64,000 bases of DNA. It comes from Curvularia clavata (Eukaryota). Under the pieces are notes generated by a model. It ran no database searches. It was not told the DNA's origin and saw nothing but the letters and a program-made list of their open reading frames with translations. Below, in pieces: positions 37,131 through 48,778 of this stretch (its first letter is position 1; each line of letters begins with the position of its first letter). A program made the translations under genes and the position numbers. The stretch is taken from the NCBI GenBank assembly GCA_023920165.1, contig CP089278.1:2232001-2296000 (forward strand), given 5' to 3'.

Positions 37131-37698
37131 ACTAGGGTCTTGGGCAGGCGTCTGGGTGGCTTTTACGACTTTGCTTCAACAATCTCTGAATCATTAACAG
37201 GCTGTCCCATGGTAAACCCTCAAGCCAAATCAACTAGGCACTGAGCATGAATCACCCGGTGGTGTTTCTTGGTTGAGTGCATGCCTCTATCACACTCTCA
37301 CGAAGCAACACAAACGAGACCTTTCAATTTCGAGTAGAAAGGCAAACGGACGGCGACGCGTGCTCATACTGGCAAGCAACTCAGAGATCTGTTCCAATCT
37401 AAGAGATATCAATCACGCATATTTTCTTGCACGACGGCATCGCGTTGGAGATCTAATGAGTTGATTACTAATGTACAGTATGAGCTCCTTGACCAGAAAC
37501 CTACTCAGCTCTTTTGAATATCACCCTCCTTTCTCGTATGGTCTGGCAGTTTTGGAGCATACGGGTCAGAATCTCTTGTCCGAAGAGCAACCGAATATCG
37601 CTCGATCGCCACCCATTTGGATAATTGAGTTTTCTTGGTAGTGGGAGTGGGGTGGGCAGCGCGTCAGTCCGTCAAGTAACCACTCCACAATCTACATC

Positions 37699-38886
37699 TC
37701 AGTATCGCATACGTCTCTTACGCCTTGTTCCGTACTCGGGTAACTGGTGGGAAAATTCAAGTGACTGTTCCTCGAGAGACGGCGTCCTCGAATTTTGTAT
37801 CAGAGCCGGAGAATGCTCAAGCTCTGTTCGTGGACGCTTGTTTGGAGTTTCTTTCGGATCAGTATCGTCCATCGGTTCTTGCTTCACCGATGGCTCCCTT
37901 AAATCCCAACGGCCTGATCGTTCGCGTGCGCGTGGATGTCCCAAGGGAACTTTGTTTGAGCCAGTCCTGTTGAGTGGTTGCTCAACCGGAGGAGCCTCGT
38001 ACAGATCTCGATATGGGTCGTACTCGAGTGGTATAGAAGCGATGAGGCTTGCTCGAGCAGGGTTTATTGTAGTAGTCCCAGCGGGCGCGACATACCTAGT
38101 GGGTGCGATATGCCCAACTGGTGCAAGACGCTCCCGCTGAGTGCATACCTCATTGAAGGCCTGAACGAGCCGATCGTAGTGTGCTGCCTTCTCAGCAAGT
38201 CCGTCCGGCCCCTCTACTCTGGCTCGTGTGTCAAACTGCTCCTGTTTCAACCTCTCTGCTTCGGCGACAAGGTTGTACAGACCCTGTAGGCCTCCAACCT
38301 CGTTCAAGCCGATTCGGACCAGATGCATTTCCAAGACCAGGTCTTCGAGCTCTTGGATGCCGCCGGCCTTCGCGATCAGCGGCTGTATCACCTCCATTTG
38401 CGATACAAGTGCCTGGAGCCCTCCAGCCTCTCTAATGATCGGTTTAAGCACATCAGCTTGGAGGGCCTTAGCACGCATGCCCTCGCGGCCAGCCTCAGCA
38501 CGCAGTTGCTCGATGCTGACCGACTGCTCTTCAGGAGAAGAGGAGCCACAAATGATGTCGACGTATGCTGAGCAGAGTTTATGAAGCTCTTCACACCTTT
38601 GATTGAGTCTGTTATAACGCTGATCAGACGCTTTGTATTTGTTAGCCGCGAGTTGAACTTGACCTAGCTGACCACTTTTATCAACTCGGTCGACGAGATG
38701 GTGATACATACTGAGCAGTGTGTCGGCGTCCTTGTCTACAGCCATGCCCATATGCTCGAAATCTTCACTGAGCAGCCAAGCCGAGGAGGAAGCAACTATG
38801 CCCTCGTCCAACTCATTGTTTTCAGGCCCGATATGCGTCTCCTCTTGCGGACTGGGCACGCTCGCTGGGTCTGTCTCTGGTGGCAT
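37699..38886 (-). CDS. Hypothetical helical/coiled-coil protein (3' end may extend through an intron)
   Basis: ORF of ~395 codons from the ATG at 38886 (MPPETDP), with a coiled-coil-like core and three GG[LI]Q repeats. Confidence 0.6.
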   Translation of the reverse strand: MPPETDPASVPSPQEETHIGPENNELDEGIVASSSAWLLSEDFEHMGMAVDKDADTLLSMYHHLVDRVDKSGQLGQVQLAANKYKASDQRYNRLNQRCEELHKLCSAYVDIICGSSSPEEQSVSIEQLRAEAGREGMRAKALQADVLKPIIREAGGLQALVSQMEVIQPLIAKAGGIQELEDLVLEMHLVRIGLNEVGGLQGLYNLVAEAERLKQEQFDTRARVEGPDGLAEKAAHYDRLVQAFNEVCTQRERLAPVGHIAPTRYVAPAGTTTINPARASLIASIPLEYDPYRDLYEAPPVEQPLNRTGSNKVPLGHPRARERSGRWDLREPSVKQEPMDDTDPKETPNKRPRTELEHSPALIQNSRTPSLEEQSLEFSHQLPEYGTRRKRRMRY

Positions 38887-39295
38887 CTTGTCTATGGTTG
38901 TTCGTGAGTGTGTGCATGTGTGGGTGCCAAAGTGCCACAAGCGGATCGGAGTTGAGGTGCAGGCTTGTGACGGTGAGAGCAGTATCCGTTTGTTTGCCAT
39001 GACTAATCCACGGCTGCCCTGGGTAGGTGCGAGAACCATGCCACGAGACAAGACAAACAGAAGTAAGCCCCATATGGCAGTAGCACTTCAAAGATACAAC
39101 ATCATAAAACTTGGTTTAAAGCTCTTGTAGTTGCCACACCAGTTCCACGTTAAACAGCACCACATCTTCCCCACTGTGTGAATTTTGCGGTATCACTAAG
39201 TCTATACATGCTTTGTAAGTTAACAAATAATATACAATGCGGCTTTACGCTCATTTTCAATGTTGAAATTAATCCCATATATGCTTTTACACAGC

Positions 39296-41280
39296 CTATA
39301 CAAAAGGCAGCACTACGTGACTCGCATATTCCCCACCACAATGCACTCGATGTGTTCCCTTGTTCCTCTCCTCTAGCTCTACCTTCTTGCGTGGTCCAAA
39401 CTCCTGCACCAATGGATACTCCCCACTAATCTGCACACTGATACTTTCGCCGGCCTCAAAGTCGACGCCCATAGCCCACAAGCCAATCTCCAGTTTCACA
39501 ACCTCACCCGGAGGAATCTTTTGCACCTCATCGTGCGTGTGGAAGGGATATTGTGGGTGTATCGATTTAGAAGCGTCGATTTTGCGGTGAGAGGCGCGGA
39601 GAATGCCAGAAGGGCCGTAGTAGATCATGAGATTGCTGTAGTCCGACTCAGGGATTTCGGATGCTTTTGAGTATGGCGCTGCTGACCAGGGAATATTGAT
39701 GGCAATCATGGGCTTGCCTTGCACGTCTAGCTTCCGTATCAGGACATAGACTATCATGTCGTTGAAGTCTGGGCAAGACATGTATAGCACGGCCTTTGGA
39801 AGACCCATGAGACGTGTAGGCTTATTAAATTTCATTTTGAAGGCCACATGCGATACGGGTGACGTGTTGCTTTCGGAATTGTATGACAGAACGCTTGTTT
39901 GTGCTGGTGGAGAGGACTGGAGGGTGTTATCGCTACTGAGGTATAGCGTACGATAGTCGGTTCGTGGTATCGGGAAATCTTCTTCGATAATTGGATATAT
40001 CGCTTCCTTGTCACCATATGTGAGAGATGCCATGCGCACACGCGGCGTCTTTTCCCAATCGTTCTTCTCGTTCTTCAGGTAGCGGTCGAAAAATGAAGCG
40101 AGTTCTTCAATTGATTCTTGGACAGCCCAAAGATCGTACCATTCTTGATATGGATCCCAGCGGAGCCATTTGTCTTTGGTGTTGACTTGCATCCAACCTC
40201 GTATTGATCCCATGGTATGAACCTGTTGCAGAAAATTAGTGTGTTATATTCGAGGATAGAAGTTTTACATACGAAGCTTGAATAAGACGCGACAACATAT
40301 GTTGGAATGTTAATCTTGGATATTTCCGCACTGGAAGACAGATGTTAGCAGAAGCCCCCCAGCAGGTTATCGGAATGTGTTTACCGCTTATCTTCCCAGT
40401 ACGGGTTCATCGTGGCAGAGCGTCGATACATCTCCTTGAAGTCTTCAAGTCCATTCTTCCCACGAATGACATGCTCAGTAATGAAATCGAACAGTCCATT
40501 ATCCCACGCACCGCCGCGTACAAACTGTTCTCGGTAAAGGTCGCCACAAGCTTCCCATGGCGCGATAGCTTTCAGAGAAGGTGGTTGTGTGGCAGCAATA
40601 AACCACTGCACAATGCCGAGATGTGAATTTCCAGCAAGTCCAATAGAGCCGTTGCACCTATACCATTGTTAACTCCTATCCTTGTCCTGTAATCGGCAGA
40701 GTTTACCAGTCCATTTTTGCGAGTTCTTCAATAACGTCGTGTCCGTCCTCGCCTTCTTGTTTCCCCATGATAACAATGTCTCCATCTGAGTCGCCCGCAC
40801 CACGTGCATCAACGTTGACGACTGCGAATCCTCGAGGGCAGTATTCTGCTGGATCTGGACCTTCGAAGCGTTCAAGACCACTGAGACAACCTTTGGGAAC
40901 ACCGCAACCCCATTTGACCTACGCTATGTCAGTCTTGTATTGGGACGAAGAGAGCTGTTCTGACTAACCTTAGACATCATGTCAATTCCGGTATGCTTTT
41001 TGCCAAAAGGGCTCCAAGCGACAATGGCCGGCACCTTAGTAGCACCACTTCCTTCGCTGCTACACGGCCGGTAGATATCGCAGTACAGAGTGCATCCGTC
41101 TCTGACCTTGACAGCCACATCGTGTTCTGCAATCAAACCTTCTGAGAGTGCACGAGCGCCTTCACGGCTCTGGTATCCCTTTGAAAGGGTCTCTTTGCGT
41201 GGATTGAAGCCTTGGTACCCATTCTCGCCGACTCTGGGTGGCTTGACGGCAAGATTCGCGACTTGGAAAGCGAGAGGCAT
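39296..41280 (-). CDS. CocE/NonD (peptidase S15) alpha/beta-hydrolase with a PepX-type C-terminal domain (multi-exon)
   Basis: VRDGCTLYCDIYRP, WSPFGK, FEGPDPAEYC, NVDARGAGDSDG, nucleophile elbow GNSHLG, APWE, G.LRASHR and YASHVVLP. Confidence 0.9.
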
Positions 41281-41481
41281 GGTTGAATTGGTAGAAGTTG
41301 AATATCTGCCTGACGTGCTGCAAACAGAGCAAGGGAAACCATCACGGTTTTGATGCCGCGCATGGCTGCTCGTGGGTCCATGGTTTGAGGCTCCCGACCG
41401 TACTCAGCCGCGACATTTCTGCCGAGAATCTTGCCCAATTTGTACAGCTATTCACACTGCGAACACGACTTATGTCGGTAT

Positions 41482-41505
41482 GTGGAGATGCTGGGGTTAC
41501 TGGGG
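41482..41505. promoter_or_regulatory. Three CreA/Mig1-type SYGGRG motifs
   Basis: GTGGAG (41482), CTGGGG (41491) and CTGGGG (41500) in the hydrolase/dioxygenase divergent promoter. Confidence 0.4.
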
Positions 41506-41598
41506 TGCGGGTCTCATCTGCATGGGGATTCCCGCCCGTACTCGACCGAGATGTGGTAAAGGGCCCACTCACCCAACACCGAGGTTCGTGGATCCCTG

Positions 41599-41618
41599 CC
41601 GTGAACGGCCGTGAACGG
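41599..41618. promoter_or_regulatory. Tandem everted CCG-N4-CGG sites, (CCGTGAACGG)x2; candidate Zn2Cys6 binding site
   Basis: Perfect 10-bp direct repeat made of CGG triplets in the divergent promoter. Confidence 0.5.
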
Positions 41619-41756
41619 GTGGGAAAGTCTCTAGAGCTGAAGGACGCTGACAGTACAGAAGTATATATTCACAAATTGCCTTGCGTGCCCAGGAGCTAAT
41701 TCACCATTCATCCGTCTCTTCAGAACAAGCTTAACACTTAACTTTAACTTGACATC

Positions 41757-42860
41757 ATGGCACCATACCTCAACGGCGAAGAAGGCGCCCAGCAAACATA
41801 CGGAGATTGGAGAGATGAGTTCTACGAAAAGGGCTATGTTGTTCTCAAGGGTGTAGTCCCCAAGGAGCGAGCTCTGAAGTACCGCAACAAGATGCTGGAC
41901 TGGCTCGGCACTTTCCCCAACAACTTCGACATCAACAACCCAGAGACATGGACCAAAGAGAACCTCCCCCAAAGCTTCAAGAATGGCATGTATCTAAACT
42001 ACTGTGCTGCACACGAAAAATACGTCTGGGAGGCTAGGCAGTAAGTTCCACATATCGGGTCGAAATCCCCAATCAACCGATGAATACTAATCTTGTATGC
42101 TGCAGAGAACCCGGCGTTCTGGCTGCATTTGAGAAGCTTTGGAACACAAATGAACTTATCGTATCATACGACACTATCAACCTCACTCTACCTAATGCTT
42201 CGAAGATGGGTGGTTCCAAGCCGTGGCCACACGTCGACCAAGCGCCTGAGCGACAAGGCCTATCCTGTGTACAGGGCATCATCAACCGTAAGCAATAGAC
42301 CTCATTTTTCTTGTTGCATCACAATACGACTTACTAACAAACATCTAGTTTCTGAAGCTGGACCTAAAGATGGAGGCCTCGTCGTAATGGAAGGCAGTGC
42401 AAAGCTGTTCGACAAGTTTTTCAAGCAACACCCACCAGACCGAACCAAGGGTCCTTTGGCAGCTCTTCATTACGACTTCTACCCCTTTCAGGAATCAGAC
42501 GTGAAGTGGTATGAAGAGCACGGCTGCAAGCTGGTCAAGGTGTGCGCTGAACCCGGTGACTTGATTCTCTGGGACTCACGCCAGATGCACTACGCCGTGT
42601 ACCCTGAGACCGATAACATCCGCACAATCATATATGCTTGTTACACACCAGCAGCTATGGCATCCAAAGAGGATTTGGAGAAGAAGAAGGAGATCTTTGA
42701 GAAGTGGGAGGCGACCACACATTGGCCACACATCAACATCCACTCGCAAGGTAAAGCCATGGTAGATGGTAAGATTGATCCCTGGGAAAGGACTGAGCCG
42801 CTGGAGAAGCCTGAATTGACGGACAAGCTGCTCAAGCTGGCGGGAGTGAAGCCGTACTGA
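41757..42860 (+). CDS. Phytanoyl-CoA dioxygenase (PhyH)-like Fe(II)/2-oxoglutarate dioxygenase (3 exons)
   Basis: GYVVLKGV, WPHVDQ (HxD), DGGLVVMEGS, PGDLILWDSRQMHY (distal His) and R..IY.CY.P. Confidence 0.88.
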
Positions 42861-42908
42861 GAGTGTAGTGTCCATAGTAGCGTTTTTGATTCCTTGTATA
42901 GCAGGCTT

Positions 42909-45015
42909 TCACATTTGTGAGAATACATGATCCCAGTCTCCAATACCATATGTTCCTTCGAGAGGGTTTCCAGTTCCATCAAACATATTCATGGTGTCAA
43001 AATTGCTGCTATCAGCCAGGCCGTCAAGTCCAGGATTCGTCATGACTGGTGGATCAGAGGGTATACCCAAGTCAGCAGCTACTGCAAGCTGTTGTAGCAG
43101 GTCTTGCATGGAATATGAAGTGCGAGGGTGGTCAAAGTCGTGCTGCTCGAGCAGGGGTAAGAGGCCTTCGAGCACGGCAGAGCCCTTTGCGGCATGAGCT
43201 GCAACAATCGAGTGCTTCTTCAACTCGACAGAAGCCCGCCTCAAGAGGCCAATGATCCGAATTCGGGATTCACCACGATATTCGTGCGAATTCGCAAGCA
43301 TATCGAGCGACATGTAAACAGCAGCCGCGACGGTCGCCGCCGATACCGTCCAAACTAGCCTGTAGACTCTTGGAGCGGGAGTCGCATAGTGATCCAAGAT
43401 GCGATTGGCCGATTGAAGAGCGAGCTGCCTGGAAGTTGAACTGTCATCTTCAGGGTTCCTGGGGATCAGTACACGAGCGATGGATAGCAGCAAGAAGTCG
43501 ATGACGTAAGTAATGAGATACCGCTGGAACGGGATCCAAGAGTGTTCCGACTCCCATATGCGGTCATCTTCGGTGACTGGAAAGCTTGGTGATAGGTGCA
43601 AGGGCAGATCCCGCCGGACAATTTGTATCTCATCGATGGCCTTTGAGAACTTCAAGTGTGTGTGATGGGTGTTTGCTTTGATGTAAATGTATACTATATA
43701 GGCAAGACGGCACATGATAGAGTGGTAGTGCGCAGGAGAAGGTGGCTCCAGGTTGGCGGATTCGGTTGAGCCAGGGGTACCAATTGTACATGAGCTGGGC
43801 AAGACGTAGTCTCCATGGCTGCTTGCAATGGAAGCTTGACAGCAAAAGCTGGCAGGTGAAATAGATGGCGGTCGAGCCCAGCTTGCGAGCCTGGAGCTAT
43901 TGTTACTGGTACTATACTGGTTACGTGTGAGTTTGCTCTTACCAGTCCTTAATTACACAGGCCCACCACAGACGACGACCCATTTCTCGCTTAATGGGTG
44001 AGGACCATTCTTGCCTTCGACAAATGTCCTTGGAACAGTTTGTTTCGTTTCCGAGCTTGTGCATGTCGAGAAAACGTGCCATGTTTGTGGCAAAACCAGT
44101 AATGAGCCATTCCCTCTGATGTTCGCCAAAGTTGGAGTGGCAGAGACTTAACACAGAAAGGGCCTGCACGGCGCAAAGCGATGGGGTGCCGTTGAAGGCG
44201 TACCTCTCTAGTTCCTTCAGGGCAGCCTCATACCAGAGGTGGGAAGCGTGAACAGCAATAGATACAGGATCAGAAAGGGGCATGCCGAGTTGAGGAAGGT
44301 GGGCTACATTGGGTACATCTTCTGGGTTCGAGTAGAGGATGCCGACTGCCAAGACAGCAAGATAAACGGTGATCCATGGCCGTTGTCCGCGCTCGATGGC
44401 GACACTGAGTTCTACGTTTTGCCAGAATTGTTCATGCTCCTTTAGGAAGTCATCAGCATTGACGGCGCAATGGATCCATCCCAGTCTTTGGAGGGAGAAG
44501 GTGACGAGGCCAAGACTAGCCTCCCGACTGGGAAGAAGCAGAAAAAGTGGATCCGCTGCCGGCTCGTAGAGGCGATCTAGGATTTCCTTCTCGGCCCCGG
44601 TCCGGGAAGCTGCGCCAATCTTGATACCGATATCAAACTGCTCAAAGGCAGGGACAAGATCCTCGAGCGCTGCTGCAGGCTGATTGTAGTCGACGGATTC
44701 ACTTGTACGGCTATGGGCGCATGGCTTGGACAAGGCCAGCGCAGTCTCGAGCTCGGCAATCTGGGCGCGTAGAGCACCTCGTTCACGAAGTAGGTCTTGC
44801 AGCTGGATTTCGGCTGGATTTCCAGCGTCCTCCGGTGCCGTATAGACAGTCAGCTGACCCCTGACTCGCGCAATGGGTCTTTTGCACTCGTGGGCAGCGT
44901 TCCTGCGAATGCATGGCTGGCAGGGGCTCTTCTTGTCGCATTTGATTTTGCGGCGCCCGCACTCGATGCACGAGCGAGACACGCGCTGCGACGTCTTAAT
45001 GGGCAGTTCACTCAT
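42909..45015 (-). CDS. Zn2Cys6 transcription factor with a fungal-specific TF domain (2 exons)
   Basis: CIECGRRKIKCDKKSPCQPCIRRNAAHEC; REMGRRLWWACVIKDW; intron ~43895-43942. Confidence 0.9.
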
Positions 45016-45396
45016 GGGATATCCGTGTCCGCGAGCGAGCGGGTGAGTGGGTAAGCGTACGTAGTGTGTGCTGGTGTGGATGTGCAAAGCAGCTGGCGTG
45101 GGCGACTTGCCGACGAGACAAACATGAGGCTGAAACCAACTATTGGGCTTCCCCGCAAAATTCCCCCCCATGCCTAGACCAGCCTAATCCCCACACCCTA
45201 GCCCGCGTCCTCCACAATCCGGGCACCTATTAATTGGACTGCGCGGCCCAGCTCGGGGGAGATATCAAGCACCGATGCTGTATCCGCCATCAAGGCAAAT
45301 GCAGCGGCCACGCCAGCCATGTCAACCTCGGGCTCATGAGCACTACAAATTGCCCCAGCATGCCATGCTGTTCATCCTCATCAGTTCCCCATCATC

Positions 45397-47072
45397 ATGA
45401 CGACCGAAGACTACAAGGCCGAGTCGAGCGCCCACATTGAGATCTTGGAAGCACACAAGAAGGCTGCAAAGCCCGTCGTTGGTACCATCAAGCTTTATGA
45501 CGACGATGGTATCGTTCTGATCCCGACCCCGAGTCGAGATCCAAATGGTACGTCGCTGGCATGCAATTGGCCTTGGAGCCAGGCTGACAGACTCAAGATC
45601 CGCTCAATCTCCCAAAATGGCAAAAGTATTTCATCCTCATCATTGTCGGCCTCTACGCTGCGACCGGCAACTTGATGGCAAGCGGAATCAACTCCATCCT
45701 GCCCATAGTGCAAGCCTCATATCACGGCGACCCACGAACCAGTGACCTCGCAACTTGGCCTGCATTCTTCATGGGCGTTGGAAACCTTATTGCGATACCT
45801 GTCGCTCACGCCATCGGTCGCAGGCCAGTGTATCTACTGTCGACTGCTATCTTGTCTTTCGGTTGCCTCTGGTGTGCTTATAGTGGCAGCTTGTCCTCGC
45901 ATATCGCTGGGAGAGATGTCATGTCTATCGGCGCAGGTCAGGCCGAGGCTCTCTGCCCCATTATTGTGCAGGAGATATTTTATCTGCACGAGAGAGGACG
46001 CGTGATTGCCTGGTTTTGCGCGCTCCAGACACTGGGCACTGCAGCCCTTATTGTGGCAAGCTCGTACCTTGCCAACGATCTCGGCTGGAGATGGTGGTAT
46101 GGCATCTTTGGTTGCTTGAGTGGTGCTATTGCCATTCTCAGCATACTTTTCGTCGTCGAGACAAAGTACGAGCGCACATTAGAAGCGCTGAGTAAGTATA
46201 CAAAATGTCTTGCACCATGGCGTACGTGCTAACATCGCACAGCTGGTCAGGGCATTGACGAGGATGGGACGCTGGTTCCGGTGACGACAAACACTAAGCG
46301 CAACCTTGATACAGTCAACTACCCTCCGCGCAGTTTCGTCCGAGACATGCTACCCTGGAAAGGCTACGCACACTGGTCGGAAGCAATCACTTGCTGGAAA
46401 CAGATGGTCACACTGATCTGGTTTCCTAACATTCTCTGGCTCTCCTTGATCAACTCTGCGGCTCTTGGCCTCTACGTCCTCATGTCAGCATTATTCGCCA
46501 ATGTCCTGGTACGCCCACCATATTCATGGAACTTCAATATGCTTGGTTATGTCTTCGTTGGACAGGTCGTCACCGCAGTCGCGGTACCCTTTTTCTGTGG
46601 ATACTTGAGCGATTTGGCGGTCAAGGTGATGAGCAAGAGACACAACGGCGTCACTCAACCCGAGTATCGCTATATCGCTGTCATCATTCCCCTTGTAGCC
46701 ATCCTCATATCGACAATCATCTATGGAAGGACTGCCCAGAACCCCGAGGATTGGAGCTGGGCAGGTATTGTCGTCACAATCAACCTCGAGTATTTCGGAT
46801 TTGTGGGCATAGTTGTCTCGTCCTTCGTTTTCTGCATGGACGCTTATCCGCAGCGGATTGATGCTGCCCTCGTTCTGATCTGCTCTTTGAGAGGTTTCAT
46901 TGGCTTCGGAATCTCCTTCGGGTCGATCAGCTTTGTCGAGAAGGCAGGATACGAAGGTGCCTTCAATATCTGTGCGGGTATCGTGGCGGCCTTGATGGGT
47001 CTTGGCATTCCTATTTACTACTTTGGTCCAAAGATTCGTTCCTTTACCCAGAAGTATGCCCAGGACGACTAA
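45397..47072 (+). CDS. MFS transporter (3 exons)
   Basis: LIPTPSRDPNDPLNLP, AIGRRPVYL (motif A), EIFYLHERG, LGWRWWY and PEYRY; about 12 TM segments. Confidence 0.92.
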
Positions 47073-48778
47073 GTAGCTGTAATCGAGCGGTGTATAGTCA
47101 GATTGAGAGTTTGTTGGTACATCGCATCACAACGCAACGAAGCAGCCTTTAAAAACCGCCCTAGCATAGGACGCGGTAAGAGGTATAGGCTCTGCTAGAA
47201 AGAGCGCTCATGTATATCACGACTTCCGACATTCATAGTATGAAAAAGGGTCGACACCCGATTACAATACCGACGAAATGGCGCATGTGCAGTGTCTTAA
47301 CATTGGTGAAGCATCTAGCTAGGCACTGATCAGCTGTGGACCGTGACTAGAGCAACCTCCATTTTAACTTATCATGGAATGTCAATATTCAGCTGGTGCG
47401 AACCATGGCCTCAAATCAACTCCAAACCAAATAGAACATTCAAAAAAGCCTCTTAATGGATAGCAGGTGCATGCATGTCACTCTCCATCCATAGGCAATT
47501 GACTTGCTCAGTCCAATAGGCTTCTTGTTCTTCAGGCCCATCATGTGTTGTGAACATTGGAAGGAGGCAGCGCATAGTGTCAACCTGAGCATCTTCGACA
47601 GAGTTCTTGAGGAATTCTATATAATACCATTACGCAAGTGCACTATCCAGAAAAGGGATCATTGTTCAAAAATGTGCAGGAACAAACTGAAAACGTGAGA
47701 GCTATCTGGACGTGTGTTGAAGGTAATGAAGCGAAGTTAATGCTGATGAACGTTGAAGCAATACCAGTGCTTATGAATCATTTTGCATCGCTATAACATG
47801 CAGTTTGGATGGAAGTATTGATTGGCCCCCAAGTGTAAGAGGCTGTGTTGGCACGAAAGGCTTTCGTCTTACTGGTTGAAGAGTTCGAAAACTCCGAGTA
47901 GAAATATGATATAGATTCTTAGGTTATACGCACTGTGTAATCTTCCTCAAACAGTGTGATATTTGCGGCTGTGCTTGTTTGTGCTTTTACACCTTGTTTT
48001 GAGTGCGCTTCCGCATCTTCGCAGTAAGAGATGCCAAGCGGCACTTCAAGTTGTCTATAGTGAGATAATCCATCAAGACAATACCCGAGGCCTCCTGCCA
48101 AGTTTTTGGAAAGATTACCAAGCTTGCAAGGCTTAATTCGTGTTATGTCTTGGACTTCTGAGGCGGTATACTTCGTAGACCCAAGGAGGACATTGCCACA
48201 CCCATACCAAAGTCGGTAAACGCTCAAAGACCGGGCTGTGGGTTTTGGAAAACAATAAACCCTCCTTTTATAGCAGTTGTGCCAACACAATATAAGCCCG
48301 GCAATGGCGCGGACCACATCTTGTCCATGGTTCCAGTCGAAGCGTGATCTATGATTCAAAATTGCGAAAGCCGTCTCCTACAACAAATGGTTGCTCCTCC
48401 TAAAAACTTCAGAATCCCCTGTCTGACTTCCATGCCAGCATTCCATGACCCCGTTCTCCATAAACGATCATTCTTGAGTGCCTCTCCCGGTCGAGAGATG
48501 TTGTGGCGTACTGCGAGAAGCAATTAGACACATTATAGCTTGACTGGAGAGTGTTGTAACACTAAAAATGTATGTGAATGCGTTGTATTGCATATTTTTT
48601 TTATCTGAAATATTGCTCTAAGCATGATCGTGCATAATGCAGGAGGGTATCGCAATGACTTATCCCACACCCGGTTTCCCTTCAATGGTCAAACAAAAAA
48701 CTCCTGTATTATGCCCCCATCCTGCGCCATTCATGCTGTTTTTTCACTCGTGCTCTCGTCAACGTAATAGATACCGGG

